The position numbers and the translations under genes were made by a program. The notes beneath the pieces are model-generated. The model worked only from the letters and a program-made list of their open reading frames with translations. It made no database searches and was not told where the DNA came from. Shown one piece after another: positions 28,257 through 41,183 of a stretch of DNA of 64,000 nt (the stretch's first letter is position 1; each line of letters begins with the position of its first letter). The stretch comes from the human T2T-CHM13v2.0 reference genome, Homo sapiens: the NCBI RefSeq assembly GCF_009914755.1, contig NC_060936.1. One strand, given 5' to 3'.

Positions 28257-28953
28257 AATGAAGATGCTGAAAAGACCAACCTGACTTATTCAGTTGTAAG
28301 AAAGCTGCATGTTCTCATTCAGTAGGCATAGACACTATTCCAATGCTGGGAACACAGCAGTAAGAAAAACAAGTCTTTTCTCTTATGGATCTGATATTCT
28401 GGTGAGGAAAACCTAAATAGACATAATAGAATGTCAAGTAATGACGGGTGCTAAGACAAAAAAGAAGCAGGGCAAGAGGAGAGGTAATGTTTGTGTTTAG
28501 GACTGCATTGGACTACATTAGATAGAGTGGCCACAGAAAAAGTCCCTAAAGAGGTAACATGCAAGCAGAAAGCTGAATAAACTAATGAAACAATTCATAC
28601 CAGTATCTAGGAGAATATTGCTGACAGAAGGAACAGCAATGCAAAGATCCTCAGATAGAAGTGTGTTTGGCATGTTTTGGAAAGAGGAAGTGAAATCTGG
28701 AGAACAGTGGTAGGATACGAAGGGGGCAGATCATATCAGGCCTTTTAGTGTAAGGAACAGATGTTATTCTAAGTAAAAAGGGAAGATCTCAAAGGGCTTT
28801 GAGTAGGATTGTCCCATGATCAGATTTCCATTTTAAAAGGATCATGCTGCCTTTTATGTGAGAAGGAAACTAGAAAGGAGCAAGAAGAGATGCAGAGAGG
28901 CTATTATGAGGCTATTACAGAGGTCTAGGTCAGAAGTGACAATGACATGGACT

Positions 28954-29066
28954 TAAGGTTGCCACTGGTCATGGCTTGCCTGGGACTGAGGGGTTTCCCA
29001 GGATGCAGGACTTTTAGATCTTAAACCAGGAGGATCTTAAACAAATCAGGATGTTTGGTCACCCTA
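28954..29066. mobile_element. MER81-like hAT (Blackjack) MITE nested in L2
   Basis: TIR remnants taaggttgcca / tggtcacccta; 8-bp TSD catggact (28946-53) / cttggact (29067-74). Confidence 0.75.
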
Positions 29067-29496
29067 CTTGGACTAGAGTAATAACCCTATGAATGAAGGC
29101 ATGTGGTCAGGTTCAAAATATATTCTAAGGGTTGAAGAAGCAGTGAAACAAGAGCAAATGGTTTAGACATTTAGGACAGAGGCAAAATGTAAAACTTCTT
29201 GAAAGTCAGGAAGAGGGGTTCAGACCTTTCAAACATTCACTTGGCATTAGTATGTAGTATGCATTGAATTTTGAAGAGACTATAACTAAAGAGGTCTTTA
29301 ATCAGACTACTTCAGAAAATATGACAGAAATGTCACTAGGGCTTAACCACAATGGAACTGATGGTAAAAATGGAGGTGGAGGTGATTGAAATGGTGGTGT
29401 TGGTAGTAGCAGAGGTCATAGTGTAGGATGGTGAAGGTGGTAGTGATAGTGACAAGTATCATATAGAGATGGTGCTCATATTGACATGGATGTGGA

Positions 29497-29851
29497 AGTG
29501 GAAGGAAAGAAAGAAAGACAGATGAAAAAAGACAAAGAAAGAAAGAAAGGAAGAAAGGAAAAAAGAAAGAAAGGAAAGAAAAAGAAAGAAAAAAAGAAAA
29601 GAAAGAAAAAGAAAGAGGAAGAAAGAAAGAGAGAAGGAAAGAAAGAAAGAAAGAAAGAAAGAAAAAGAAAGAAAGAAAGAAAGAAAGGAGGGAGGGAGGG
29701 AGGGAGGGAAGGAAGGGAGGAAGGAAGGACGGACAAACAGGAGGAAGGGAGGAAGGTAGGAAGGAAGAGGAAGGAAGGAAGAAAAGGGGAAGGAAGGAAA
29801 GAAGGGACGGAGGGAAGGAAGGAAGGGGAAGGAAGGAACGATGGAAGGAAG
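29497..29851 (+). repeat. Polypurine compound microsatellite (GAAA)n/(GGAG)n/(GGAA)n
   Basis: Directly visible; preceded by a GGT-rich low-complexity tract (about 29360-29470). Confidence 0.95.
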
Positions 29852-30801
29852 GATCTAACTTGAGAGACATTTACAAAATGAGAAATATCAGGACTTGTGG
29901 GTTAAATGAATAAAGGAAAACAAAGAGAAAGGAAATGGAGATGAGTTAGTGACCCTGACAGAAAGATGTTGGAAAGAATAGTTGAGGGGAGGGATTGGTA
30001 TTGAACATTAATTTAGTTACAGATATAAAGTAAGAGTGGAATAACCAAGTGGATGGCCAGCTGGGATATTAGTTTCTATCATTCCAGACAGCAGTGTACT
30101 AGTAAAGAAAACTCATGATTTTGAGTTAAAAGAGTTTGCCCCAGTTCCTCTCTGAGACAGCTATGTAACCTACACCCTCTCAGTCTCAAAGTCTTTATAT
30201 ATAAAATGGACATAACAGTACCTCGTTCACAGGGCTATTCTAGAAAAAAGTAGACAAAATTGTCAAGGAGCAGCAAGGATATGACTTGGGTATCTTCTTT
30301 TTTCTTTGCAAATTTTCCAAGAACCCTTTTAGTCCCCATCACCATAATCCCACCAAAGAAAAACATTCTTTTTAATTTAGAAAATCTTGGTTTCTAGAAC
30401 TTTAGAGTGATAAATAAAATATTTATATTAAATGTTTATAAATTACTATGCAGCCATCTTTCTTCCAAACTGGCATGCCAAAACTATGAAATTAGAGTTT
30501 GATGTAAAACTGTTCATATAAAACTATTGGGTTCTTCTAATTCTTCTATGTTGATGGACAAGAGATATAGTAAAAGCTTCACATGCTAGAACAAGACTCT
30601 AGGGACAGAAGTGCTTTTCTTCTCATCACAGAAGTTCAGTGAAAGACTTCACTGAGGAAATGAAAATATTGGTTTCCAAAAATTCGTACTGGCATGAGTC
30701 TTTAAATCTGATTCAGGGTAACAACACTGGCTTACTATATAAGCCACAAACACAAGCCTTGTTTTGACTGGGGCAGAATAGAACACACCTTGTGGGGATG
30801 A

Positions 30802-31181
<380 letters not shown>

Positions 31182-34102
31182 CTCAGGATGCATATTCTTG
31201 CTCTTGTTTCACATAAACTTCAAGTCCCTCATCCTCCCCAACATGTGAGAAACACATGACAATCATATTTGCAAATATCCTAGATCAATTAATCTTGGAT
31301 CAAACCACCAGGTAGTAAAAGAAAGCTGCCCTAATTTTCAAACTTTTGGTAGACAATTATTAAAGCTAATTCTTAGGGCATTAGGGAAAGCATATACTTA
31401 AACCTCCAAAAATTTCACTAACAAGAAAATGGTTAGTATAAATTGGATATTTTCCTTGCCTTTTTCTGGAAATGAGTTTTTCTCTATCTTGTTGATGCCC
31501 ATAAAGGACACAAATTTCAGGAAAATCAAGGACTAGCTTTCAAATATCTTGGAGATCCAGAAGTAATAAAATGCTAAAACTTTTTGAAAAGTAACTTCAG
31601 TTAATTAATATAAACTACACATTCAATTTGGCATATCAATTACAATAATTTTATGAGCAAATGAAATTTTACATGTTAAAGTTCTTAAACTAATGAAGCA
31701 AATGTAGATCTGTAAAGGGTGCTTTAAAAAAGCACTTTTCCATATTTTTCTTTCTCCCAAAATGCCCATATTTTTCTCTTAAACACTCATTCTTCTCCCA
31801 TCCCATAACTTTAAAATTACAAGTAACATCACAGATTTCTCCTGCTTCCGAGCATGCTTTTTCAAACTGTACAAATACTCTCTTCTGAAGATAAATATTA
31901 TGTAAAATCTTTTAAACTTCCTATGTGTCATAAGATTGAGGAATAAAAGGTATTGGAAGAAGACATTTGTGACATTTCTTTGTTCAACACAATTGCAATG
32001 CCCCTAAATTAATCGTGGAATTAGATTATGGCCCATAAAGGGAGATGTTATTTAAGAGAGAGCAGTCATGTCTGAAATTCCTAATTAGAACAGTTAGAGT
32101 AACCTGATCCTGCAACACAATCAGTTCCCCAAGGAGGCTATTGTGGAAAATAGACAGAATTCTGCGAAAAAAAAAAAAAGAGCCCTCCTCCTAACGAGCA
32201 TTTTGAACAGCAATTTTGTTCATTTACATTTCTCTTGTCCCATAAAGTTCAGATAAATTTGTCCATATTTTATATTAATTTCCATGATATTGTCTCCCAT
32301 TCATTATTTTCAGATACTCTGAAGAGTAATTTATTCCACTAGCCTCTCCTGTTGTATAAATTAATTCCTAGGAGTGAGTAGGCACATCAGGTGAATTCAG
32401 CACATTAGAAGTAACTCTTTATTATTTATATTAGTGAAAGGGGGTTATGACCTAGATAATTCAAAACAGGTATTTTCTAAAGTTTCCACTTATTTAAGTT
32501 TTGAAACTGTGTGGAAAGTGATAATTTAATGATGGATCCTGTCTTCAAGGAGTTTACAATCATGTGGGAGAATTAAGACATATACACACTGAGACAAAAA
32601 CAGAGTTCTTGGTAACATAGAGATGTATGGTAAAATGCTATGGGGACTCAAGAAATGAAACACTTGGAGCCATAAACATATTTGGTGATGTTTCCAGCAC
32701 AGACATTACTTTAGCAGAAAGAGGCACTATTTCTCCCTCACACATTGAATGTATTACCTCTCAATTATAGAAAAATTACAATCTTTCTCTTTTGAAAAAT
32801 GGATATAATGAATACACCCCCCCCCCAAAAAAAAAACGGGGGGGAATTACATTTTCTTACCTGTTAAATTACATCTAGGCACCTATTTCCACACTGGAGA
32901 CTCTGGCTGACTTAACATATATGTCAAGTTATAGATAAAGACACATATAGTCATAATAAGGGTATTACTTGAAAGTGCCTTAGTATATGGCTTTCTGTAG
33001 CTCATTCCTATGTTAAAAGTCTATCTGCAGAAGTCTGACATAACTGTTGCCTTCTGTAGAATCAGAATTCACATTTTATTGTGGGAAACACTAAAATAAG
33101 TCTTGATTTGCCATATAGCTAATTCTGCATGTCAGAAAGCACTCTAGAGCCTCCAGTATCTGAGGGGCATACAACAAACTCTCTCTCTTGCACTCTCTCT
33201 ATCTCTATCTCATGCTTATAAATATGAATGCAAATTCTACTTATGTTGAACAATAATTTGGTTCTTAATTAATCACCCTAGAAAATAAAACACTTAAGGC
33301 AGGAGAATCAGTAGGAGTCTTTTCCGAAAAAAAAAGTAAAATTCTCTATACCATCATCATTGTAAACACTTGATCAGTTGTTCAAAAATGCCTGAGTACA
33401 GGACTGTTGAATGTTCTTTGGGCCTAAAGTATGGTTATCAGTGAAATAACATGAGAAGTTATGAGATGCATTTGCATTGTGTTACTATGGGTTTCAATTT
33501 TCTAGCCTGCTGCTCAGATTTTTAGAATTAGGAATAAAAGTTAGACCTCACTTAAGATGAGTAATACTAAAAGTGCGAAACCTTATACTTTGTTACATTT
33601 CAGCTATCAGGAATTCAGAATTTCTCATCAATAAATAGAATTTAATGACACACAAATGCAAGTCCTTTTCCCAAAAACCTAGAGTATTAGAGGTAATCCT
33701 ATTTGAAATGTAAAAGGACAAAAATTTAGGTCGATTGATTCAACTAAAGTGTTAGGCTTATTTCAAAGCTGTTTAATAAAAACATGAAAATTTTGCCAAG
33801 AGTTTTGCAGTGCTATTCAGAGCACAAAGTCTCTTTAAAAAGTCATGTTGTTCTCATTTCCTGCACCATTGAATTATAGATATATTTTGATGAACATTAA
33901 AGTATAGATGATCTTTGTTAAAAACTGAAATAGATGGTCTTAAAAAAAAAAAGCTGTTATCACTCTTGATACCTTAGTCAATGAAAGGCCACTGTGTAAA
34001 TGCCAATGGACCTACAATTTTCAAATTCTAATCAACATAATCCTCCTCTTGAAGAATTTACAATATATATGTTAAAACTCTATTTACTTGTATTTGAAAA
34101 AT

Positions 34103-34131
34103 TGCTAATACTTTCTTATTGGTTTTCTTAG
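34103..34131 (+). promoter_or_regulatory. Branch point, polypyrimidine tract and 3' splice site of the SYT1 exon
   Basis: tgCTAAT (yUnAy, branch A about 34108) followed by ctttcttattggttttcttAG. Confidence 0.7.
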
Positions 34132-34249
34132 CAAGAGAAATTGGGTGATATCTGCTTCTCCCTTCGCTACGTACCTACTGCTGGTAAGCTGACTGTTGTC
34201 ATTCTGGAGGCAAAGAACCTGAAGAAGATGGATGTGGGTGGCTTATCCG
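34132..34249 (+). CDS. SYT1: SYT1 internal coding exon (about Q271-S309 plus first base of D310; N-terminal part of C2B domain with Ca2+-binding loop 1)
   Basis: Translates to [39 protein letters not shown], matching synaptotagmin-1 as recalled. Acceptor ...ggttttcttAG (34130-31); donor CCG|GTAAGC; 118 nt, phase 0 to phase 1. No other SYT1 exon recognised in the window. Confidence 0.97.
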
Positions 34250-36423
34250 GTAAGCCTGCAGTGTTTATTGATTTTTTTCAAATGCTGTTTCGTCGTGGAT
34301 ACCAAATGCATGGCGCACATGCTGCGACTCCCCACTCCTTAATTGATCACAGTTCTCTTTCCTATGGAGCCTGGAAGCAGTCTCAGAATTCATCCCAACA
34401 CAGTGCCCCAGGAAGCCACTCTCAATTCATAGGAATTAGCATAGAAGATGAAATCTATTTTCCTTCTTTGGAGCCAAAGTATCAATTGTCTTTTTAATGG
34501 CATTGAAAGCTGAAAATGTTTGCTTCTTTTCTGAAAGAGAGTGTTCATGACAGATTATAATTTTGTTGAGCTTAGAGGGGGTTTTTGGTCAAAATTCACC
34601 CACGATATAAAAAACAATGTTTTCCATGAGACTTATTTATTAGGTATTTGATAGCCTAACATAGTTCCTACGATACCATTTATTAAAGACACAGCATTTC
34701 AATATATATGCATAATGAAATCTCTGTTTCAGAGTGAACCCCTATGGTAATGCATTTAATTCCACAGCTGACATTGAGGATGGGAGAGATGTGGGGATTG
34801 AAATTTCCATACAACCCAACCTTAGTAAAACGTGGTGGATAAAGTATACCCTGGCTCAAAAGCAAAGTCAACTCAAGGACTTGTCACTTCCACGGTTGAA
34901 CATAATTTTTCTTCTTCTGCATATGATTAAATCAATTATATTTTTAATTTTCCGCTAACTCATTAAAGTGTGAGGAATTTTCTTGATATGCCACAAGGTC
35001 ATCATAAATTGACTGCAGTTGTCATTGTTTGTGGCTGTGGAATTACAACTAACATTACTGGTTATTCAACACTTTCTTTAATAAAAATATTGCAAACTTC
35101 AAAAGGTCATCCTAAGGCAGCATGGTGATTTTTTATTCTAAAGCATAACAGCTAAAAAGTGCTACAGCTGAGCTTCCCCTCACTTACCCACTAATTTGTC
35201 GACCAAATTCTCCTGGTACCTGAGTGTATTTCTCTTTATAAATAAGTCACCTGGGGAAGCTGTACTAATTCTTTCATGTCATTAAGACCCTATTTAATAA
35301 CTTGCTGTTTTTATTGTGCCTAGCAGTGTAACACAGCAAATTTGAAGCAAAGAGCACAGTGTTCTCTAGAAGTATAGAGTATTTAATGTGACTATAAGTG
35401 AAAAACATGCAGAGAAATTTTTAACTACAATAACAGTTCCCTCCTAGATTATTACTTAGTTTCCTAAGGTAACTTCAGACACCTTTAACATTTCCCTGTC
35501 CTTTGGTTCAACAGCCAACTATCATGACATGATTTCTTTGTATCCTGTCTCTTATGCTTTGTCCCAAATATCCATGCCAACCATCCCCTCATAACCTATG
35601 TCTAGTACTCTGCTAGTCTTCCTAAGTCATCCTATCTGCTTCAGCAGATAGGATTTGTCCTGGCTTCTTCCGGGGTCCCAGAAATGAGTTCCCATCATCA
35701 TAGAGAGATATTTCAACCACGAGTTGTTCATCCCAGTTTGCTGTCTGTTTCCACTAGGACTTCTCCACCGTCTGTCCCCTTCTCGTTCAGTGGCATCAGA
35801 GAGGCTGGCTGCAGGCATTTTGGAACTTGGCTAAGGGAAGTTAGGTCTAGCAGGTTATTTTTATGGGGCTTACAGTCATATAATGTATAGTGAGGTTATT
35901 GCTAGCTATCCCAAAGAAGGAAGGGTACCTGCAATGCACTAACTAACTCAGCATTGTGAAATGAATAAGGAAAGGCCAAAGGTCATACCTAATTTTGTAT
36001 TCATAATTTTATATTCTTTGTTTCTGAAGAGAACCAGCAAAACCATATTAGCTTCAGGATCCTCACAACCTGGGTTCACCCCTACATTTGAATTACCTGG
36101 AAGGAGTTTAATTATTAAGTAAGAATATTTAAAGAGTAAATATCCTGAAAAGCCCTAATTTTAAGGGCTTCTCACTGCCTGTAGAATTAAGCCATAATCA
36201 CTCTAATCACTTGAGTCTACATAATGTAGATATGTCCAGCCTATGTCATGCCATATCTCATTTTCACCAAATTGACCAACACACTCTTTTGCAAACAAAC
36301 TATACAACTTTCTGCCTCTATTACTTGCTTAGGTCGTTTCCTTCACCTGGAATTCTCTTCCTTCCAACAATGTCTAGCCAATTCCTACCCATTCTTTAGG
36401 CCCAGCTTAAGTATTATCTCCTC

Positions 36424-36760
36424 CATTCATTCAATAAACATATATTGTGTCCCTACTTTAAGTCAACATTGTTCTGAGCACTAGGTTTACATTTGTGGAT
36501 AAAACAGTGCAAAAGACCCTCCCCTCCTGCAGCTTGCATTCTAATGTAGGGAAACAGAAAAGAAGCCAACAGATAGCAAAAGCATGAGTCTACCAAGAGA
36601 TAACAGGTGCTATGGAGCAGTAAAGCAGGAAGTAGGATAAGGAATATTGGGGATTCATCTTAAATGGGGTTCAAAGAAGACCTCTGAGTAGGTGGCATTT
36701 CCGCAACAACCTGGAAGAAGTGATGAATTGAGCCACGGCGCGTCTGGGAGAGAGAACAAC
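36424..36760 (-). mobile_element. L2 3' fragment (rearranged at its distal end)
   Basis: cattcattcaataaacatatattg L2 terminus followed by L2-like body. Confidence 0.65.
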
Positions 36761-36892
36761 CACGGGGCTTCTGGGAGAGAGAACAGCCATGGGGTGTCTG
36801 GGAGAGACAACAGATACCTCGTGGCTCACTTCTTCACTTCTTCCAGGTTGTTGCTGAAATGCCACCTACTCATGAGGTCTTAAGACCTCATG
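36677..36892. repeat. Compound inverted repeat (61/62-bp arms) enclosing a 3x27-bp tandem repeat, plus a 22-bp perfect palindrome
   Basis: 36677-36737 versus reverse complement of 36820-36881: 3 mismatches and 1 gap. Tandem units 36733-59, 36760-86, 36787-813. Palindrome catgaggtcttaagacctcatg at 36871-92. Confidence 0.95.
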
Positions 36893-37980
36893 GTTTTAAG
36901 ATCCATCCCAGTAGAACAAATCTTTGCCTTTTTTTAAATGCCATTAGCCATTTGTTTACACCCCTCAAACATCATGCTTCTCTCTCACTAGACTGTGTTC
37001 TGTATTTATCCCTCCCACAATGCTCTCAGTGATGGGTAGCACTAAGCATAGCTGCTGAATGAATAATGAATTATTTACAAAGGAGCTATGGCCTGAAAAA
37101 ACAAGTCTTGCATTTCAAATGTGTCTAACCCACTTACCATTAAAATAACTTTAAGCACTTGGATGGTCTGTCTCAAAGTAAGTTGACCTATGTACGAGGA
37201 GACCAAAATTATATAATAAGATCATTCCAGGTAATTCAAATGCCAAAGTACATTTGCTGGAAATGACTAGTTAATTGGAACCAAAGTGGGTTGTTTTGCC
37301 AGAGTTTAAACTCCATCTGCCACTAACTAGCAATTTGACATTGCACAAGTTATTTATTTAACTCTTCTAAGCCTCAGCTGCATTATCTATAAAGTGGGAA
37401 TAATGAGAGGACTTTGTTGATGATGCTATGAGAAATAAATGAAAGCACAGGGCCTGGCACAACTAAGTACTCACTAAATACTATTGTAGTCATTTCTATT
37501 AGTAATTTTATCAAATCTTGGGATAAATATGCAACATGGGAAAGCAACCAATGGATGATTTAACCAATTACTTGCTTCAATGGGGAAAAAAAGTTTATCT
37601 TATTGTTTGATGGAATTAGCTGATTAATTCAGGCAAACGTATCAGTAGGCCCACATTTTGCATAGACACTATAGTGAATTAAGATAATTAACAAAACATT
37701 TGAGAAAATAAAACATGAAAACATATGTAAAATAATTTTCTTATTGCTCTCCAACAAGGTTATTTCCTTCCTGCAGTATTCATTCAAAATGCATTGCACA
37801 AAGATTTGGCCTCTATTGTATATCCACATGCAAAAAATGCAAATCTCAGCCCTTCATACTTTACAGTGACAAGCCTAATTGGACTATGCACATCTCTACA
37901 GTAGATCCTTGCATTTGCATTCTTAATATCCCAACTTTCAAATGCTTGTGAGCAACAGTGAGGATTTCTGAATTTAACTG

Positions 37981-38294
37981 CAGTCATGTGTTGATTAACA
38001 ACAGGCATACATTTTGAGAAATGTATCATTAGGTTATTTGATCATTGCACAAATATCATAAACACAAACCTAGATGGTGCAGCCTGCTACACACCTAAGC
38101 TATGTGGTATGGCTTATTGCTCCTAGGCTACCAATCTATACAACATGTTACCATACTGAATACTGTAGGTAATTGTATTTGTGTATCTAAACATAGAGAA
38201 GGTACAACAAAAATACAGTATTATAATCTTATGGGACCACCATTCTATAGGCAGTCCATCCTTGACTGAAATGTGGTTACACAGGGCATGACTG
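37981..38294. mobile_element. Tigger3a/MER7-type Tc1-mariner MITE
   Basis: TIR ends cagtcatg...catgactg followed by TA; attataatcttatgggaccacc motif. Confidence 0.85.
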
Positions 38295-40547
38295 TATTTG
38301 TATTGAGATCTTGAATCTTGCAGGCTGCAAGACTGTTCTTCAGGAGCAAGTTGGTGCTGTAGAACATGTGTAGGACTTTTTGCCTTATACGTGGAGACAA
38401 TCAAGACTTCTGCCTCTTAAACATGTCTCAATAGCTTCGTTGCCTTTTACACATCTCTGTGTGGAGTAAATCTTCCTTCAAATAAGAAATGTTTTCTATT
38501 TGGGAAAATTGGGGAAGAGAATAAAGAGGTCAAAGTAAAGGCATTGGAAACATTGAGGCTTCCCAAAGGTATGAGGCTGTGTGTCTCATAGTTTTAAGCT
38601 AAAGTATATAACTTTTATTCTTAAATTTGTACCTGTGTAAACTCCTAAGTCAGAGACTAATCAGATACGTTGCTACTTGTCCCTATTTGTGTCATAGCAA
38701 TCACTTTCCTCAAGTTTGGTGTTTTGTTTTGTTTTTTGTCATCTCAGAAATTTGACACGTCTGAGTACAGCTTTAATGAGGAATGTCAACACTGTAAGTT
38801 TAGTTTAGGCTTTCTGTTGTAAATTAAATGAAATTCTGAAAGTTTTCTATTTAAGGACATGGCCGTTTAAAGAAGGAAACACTAAACTTTAAAATAAGCA
38901 AAAATTGAAGTGATTATAGCTTTTAAATTTTGATCTATTCCGTAGAAATTCTGTTTTTCTACTTCAATCTGAGAATTATTTTTAACTGTTAAAAAGTCAC
39001 ATTATCAGTTATAGAACACTTTCTAATTTAGAAATATTTTTTAACTTGGTTTTCTCATGTGGTTCTCATGATAGCCCTGTGAGATACTTTCTGAAGATAG
39101 CATTCTGATTTTACCAGTGAGAAAATTGAAGCTTAGAGACATTAGACAATGTCCATAAACTATCTTCCTGCATGTGGCACATAGATGGGGGTGTTCAATA
39201 CTTGCAATTGCTCTTATCACTACTGACATTTGATCTCAGCTGATTTGAGGGTAGGACTGAAGTTCAGATCCCCCCAGTTCTCAATGCAGAGGACTTTCTA
39301 ATATAGCATTCAGCCTTGCCCACACCCCTACCTTCAAGATGGGAGAGCAAGGATTCCTCAGCTCTAACCTGCGTGAGGTGCCTCCCCTGCCCAAAGCCGA
39401 AACATCAAGATGAGGTCGTCACAGTAGGGAAGACTAGAAATGGAGTCTTCATGGATTGTTGGAAATGGAGGGATTCTTGGAGACTGGGGAAAATGTTCGT
39501 AACTGTAAACCCTTAAGGATACTCCTAGTCAAATAGCTCCAGGGTGCCCCCTTTCTTGCCTTCTCAGAACCACAAATTGATTTTCTTGCTTCACTTGTGG
39601 TTTCTGGCAGATTCCTCTTCTTGCCTGGCCCAATATGAAACAGAATGTGATCTCACAGACATGTTCTACTTCCCTCATTCCCTGAAGCTAGCACCTAATT
39701 CTTCTGAGACTTTTTTCTGTGTTTGTACTGCTAGTAGCCATGGCAAATCAACAAGGGTAAAAAGTGTGCAGTTCTGCTCGTTTGATGTGGTTTGCATTCA
39801 CCTAAATTGGAGGAGTAGGGAACATAACAAAAGTATGTCAAGCATGGGGGCAAGCTGGAAACCCATATGGTAAAGGGCTGAAATCACATGTAGCTATTCC
39901 AGCAGCCTCCTGAACATCAAGGAGCTAGGGAGGTGGCTAGGAGGTGGGATCAGGTCAACAATGGTTGCAAAGTGCTCTCCTTCATCATTTTTCTGTCCCT
40001 TTCACTCTGTGTTCTATGACCCATCCCTAGTCCTCTTCCTGGCCATCCCTAGTCCTGCCTTGTTACTATGAAATGAAACCTGTACTGTGAAAAGCAACAT
40101 TTGGGGCTGTAGGAGAGTTCCTCCAAAACATCTCTAAGTCTCCAAAAGAAAAGGGAAATGAAATGTTTGAAAGTGGCAGCAATTACTTGAGGGAAATGAT
40201 AGAGAGGGAACAGGGGACTCGTGGTGATGAAGGAGTCACCATCACTATATGTCACACTGCCAGTGTGTGGATTAGCTACTGTGACCTAGGCGAGCAAAAT
40301 TTACCCTGTCCCCCTCCCTCCACCCACACACACTCTGTTTTCTGGAAGATGCCATTTTTTAAATGTTAATCATGGGTTTGTCTTTTCTCTAGCTCCTTTT
40401 CTACTGTCCTAGAAATGTAATTTGGGAAATGCAGCCAGATTTAAATATTTGAGATCATTTAGGAAAGAGCAACTCACCCAACCTCAGGTAACTACTAGAT
40501 TCCAAGGAGAAACCATGAACCAGCAGAGGTAGGTCATTCCCTCAGGC

Positions 40548-40757
40548 GATATTTATCAACATGTGATATTTTGCATAACCCCATCAAAATCACCTAGGGT
40601 ACTTATTAAAAACTAAGATTTCAAGGACTAATTCAAACCAAGCTGTGACTGAGTATCTAGGGGTGGGAACCTGGAAATTGCCTTTTAAACAGGTCCTCCC
40701 CGTCCATACACACATACCCATGTTATTTTTATGCATCTTAAATTTGAAAACTACACT
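40548..40757. mobile_element. MER5A-like hAT-Charlie relic
   Basis: atcaaaatcacctaggg...tctaggggtggga...ttttaaacagg...aaatttgaaaactac; boundaries approximate. Confidence 0.6.
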
Positions 40758-41183
40758 TCAGAGGCTTAAAATGCTATGTCATAATTTTAACTGAGGCCTA
40801 GGTCAGCCAAGTTCCAAGTTAGAATTTTTTTTTTTTGGGTCAGTAACATAGAATACATCTTTTGCTTTATATAATGGAATTTCCTCAAATAAGAAGTTCT
40901 ATTTCTTTCATCAGTCCAGTATCCTCTTCCCTGAAAAATACCTGGCCCACATGTCTAAATTATTATCTTTTTTTCTTGAGTCTCCTCCACTGAAAGAGGA
41001 AATAAAAGCAATAGATGTTTCCTTTGTACATTCTGAAGTTGTTTCCTAGTACCCTTGACTACCACCCTTATCTGTCCTTCCACTGGTGCTGAAAGCACAA
41101 CAAAGAAAAACACTCCAAATTCAATTGATGTGAACTAAAAGCCACCAGTCTGGGAGCCGGGCCAATAAATAAAATGGCAAAAA

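Noticed and set aside
29343-29870. K/E/R-rich and F/L/S-rich ORFs
   Set aside because: Translation artefacts of the purine microsatellite.
34141-34497. 118-aa ORF as a stand-alone gene
   Set aside because: It starts at an internal TTG (Leu) of the SYT1 exon and reads through the donor; only 34132-34249 is supported as coding.
36671-36883. Two near-identical ORFs on opposite strands; CRISPR-like look of the 27-bp units
   Set aside because: Explained by the inverted repeat. The units are contiguous with no unique spacers, and the context is eukaryotic.
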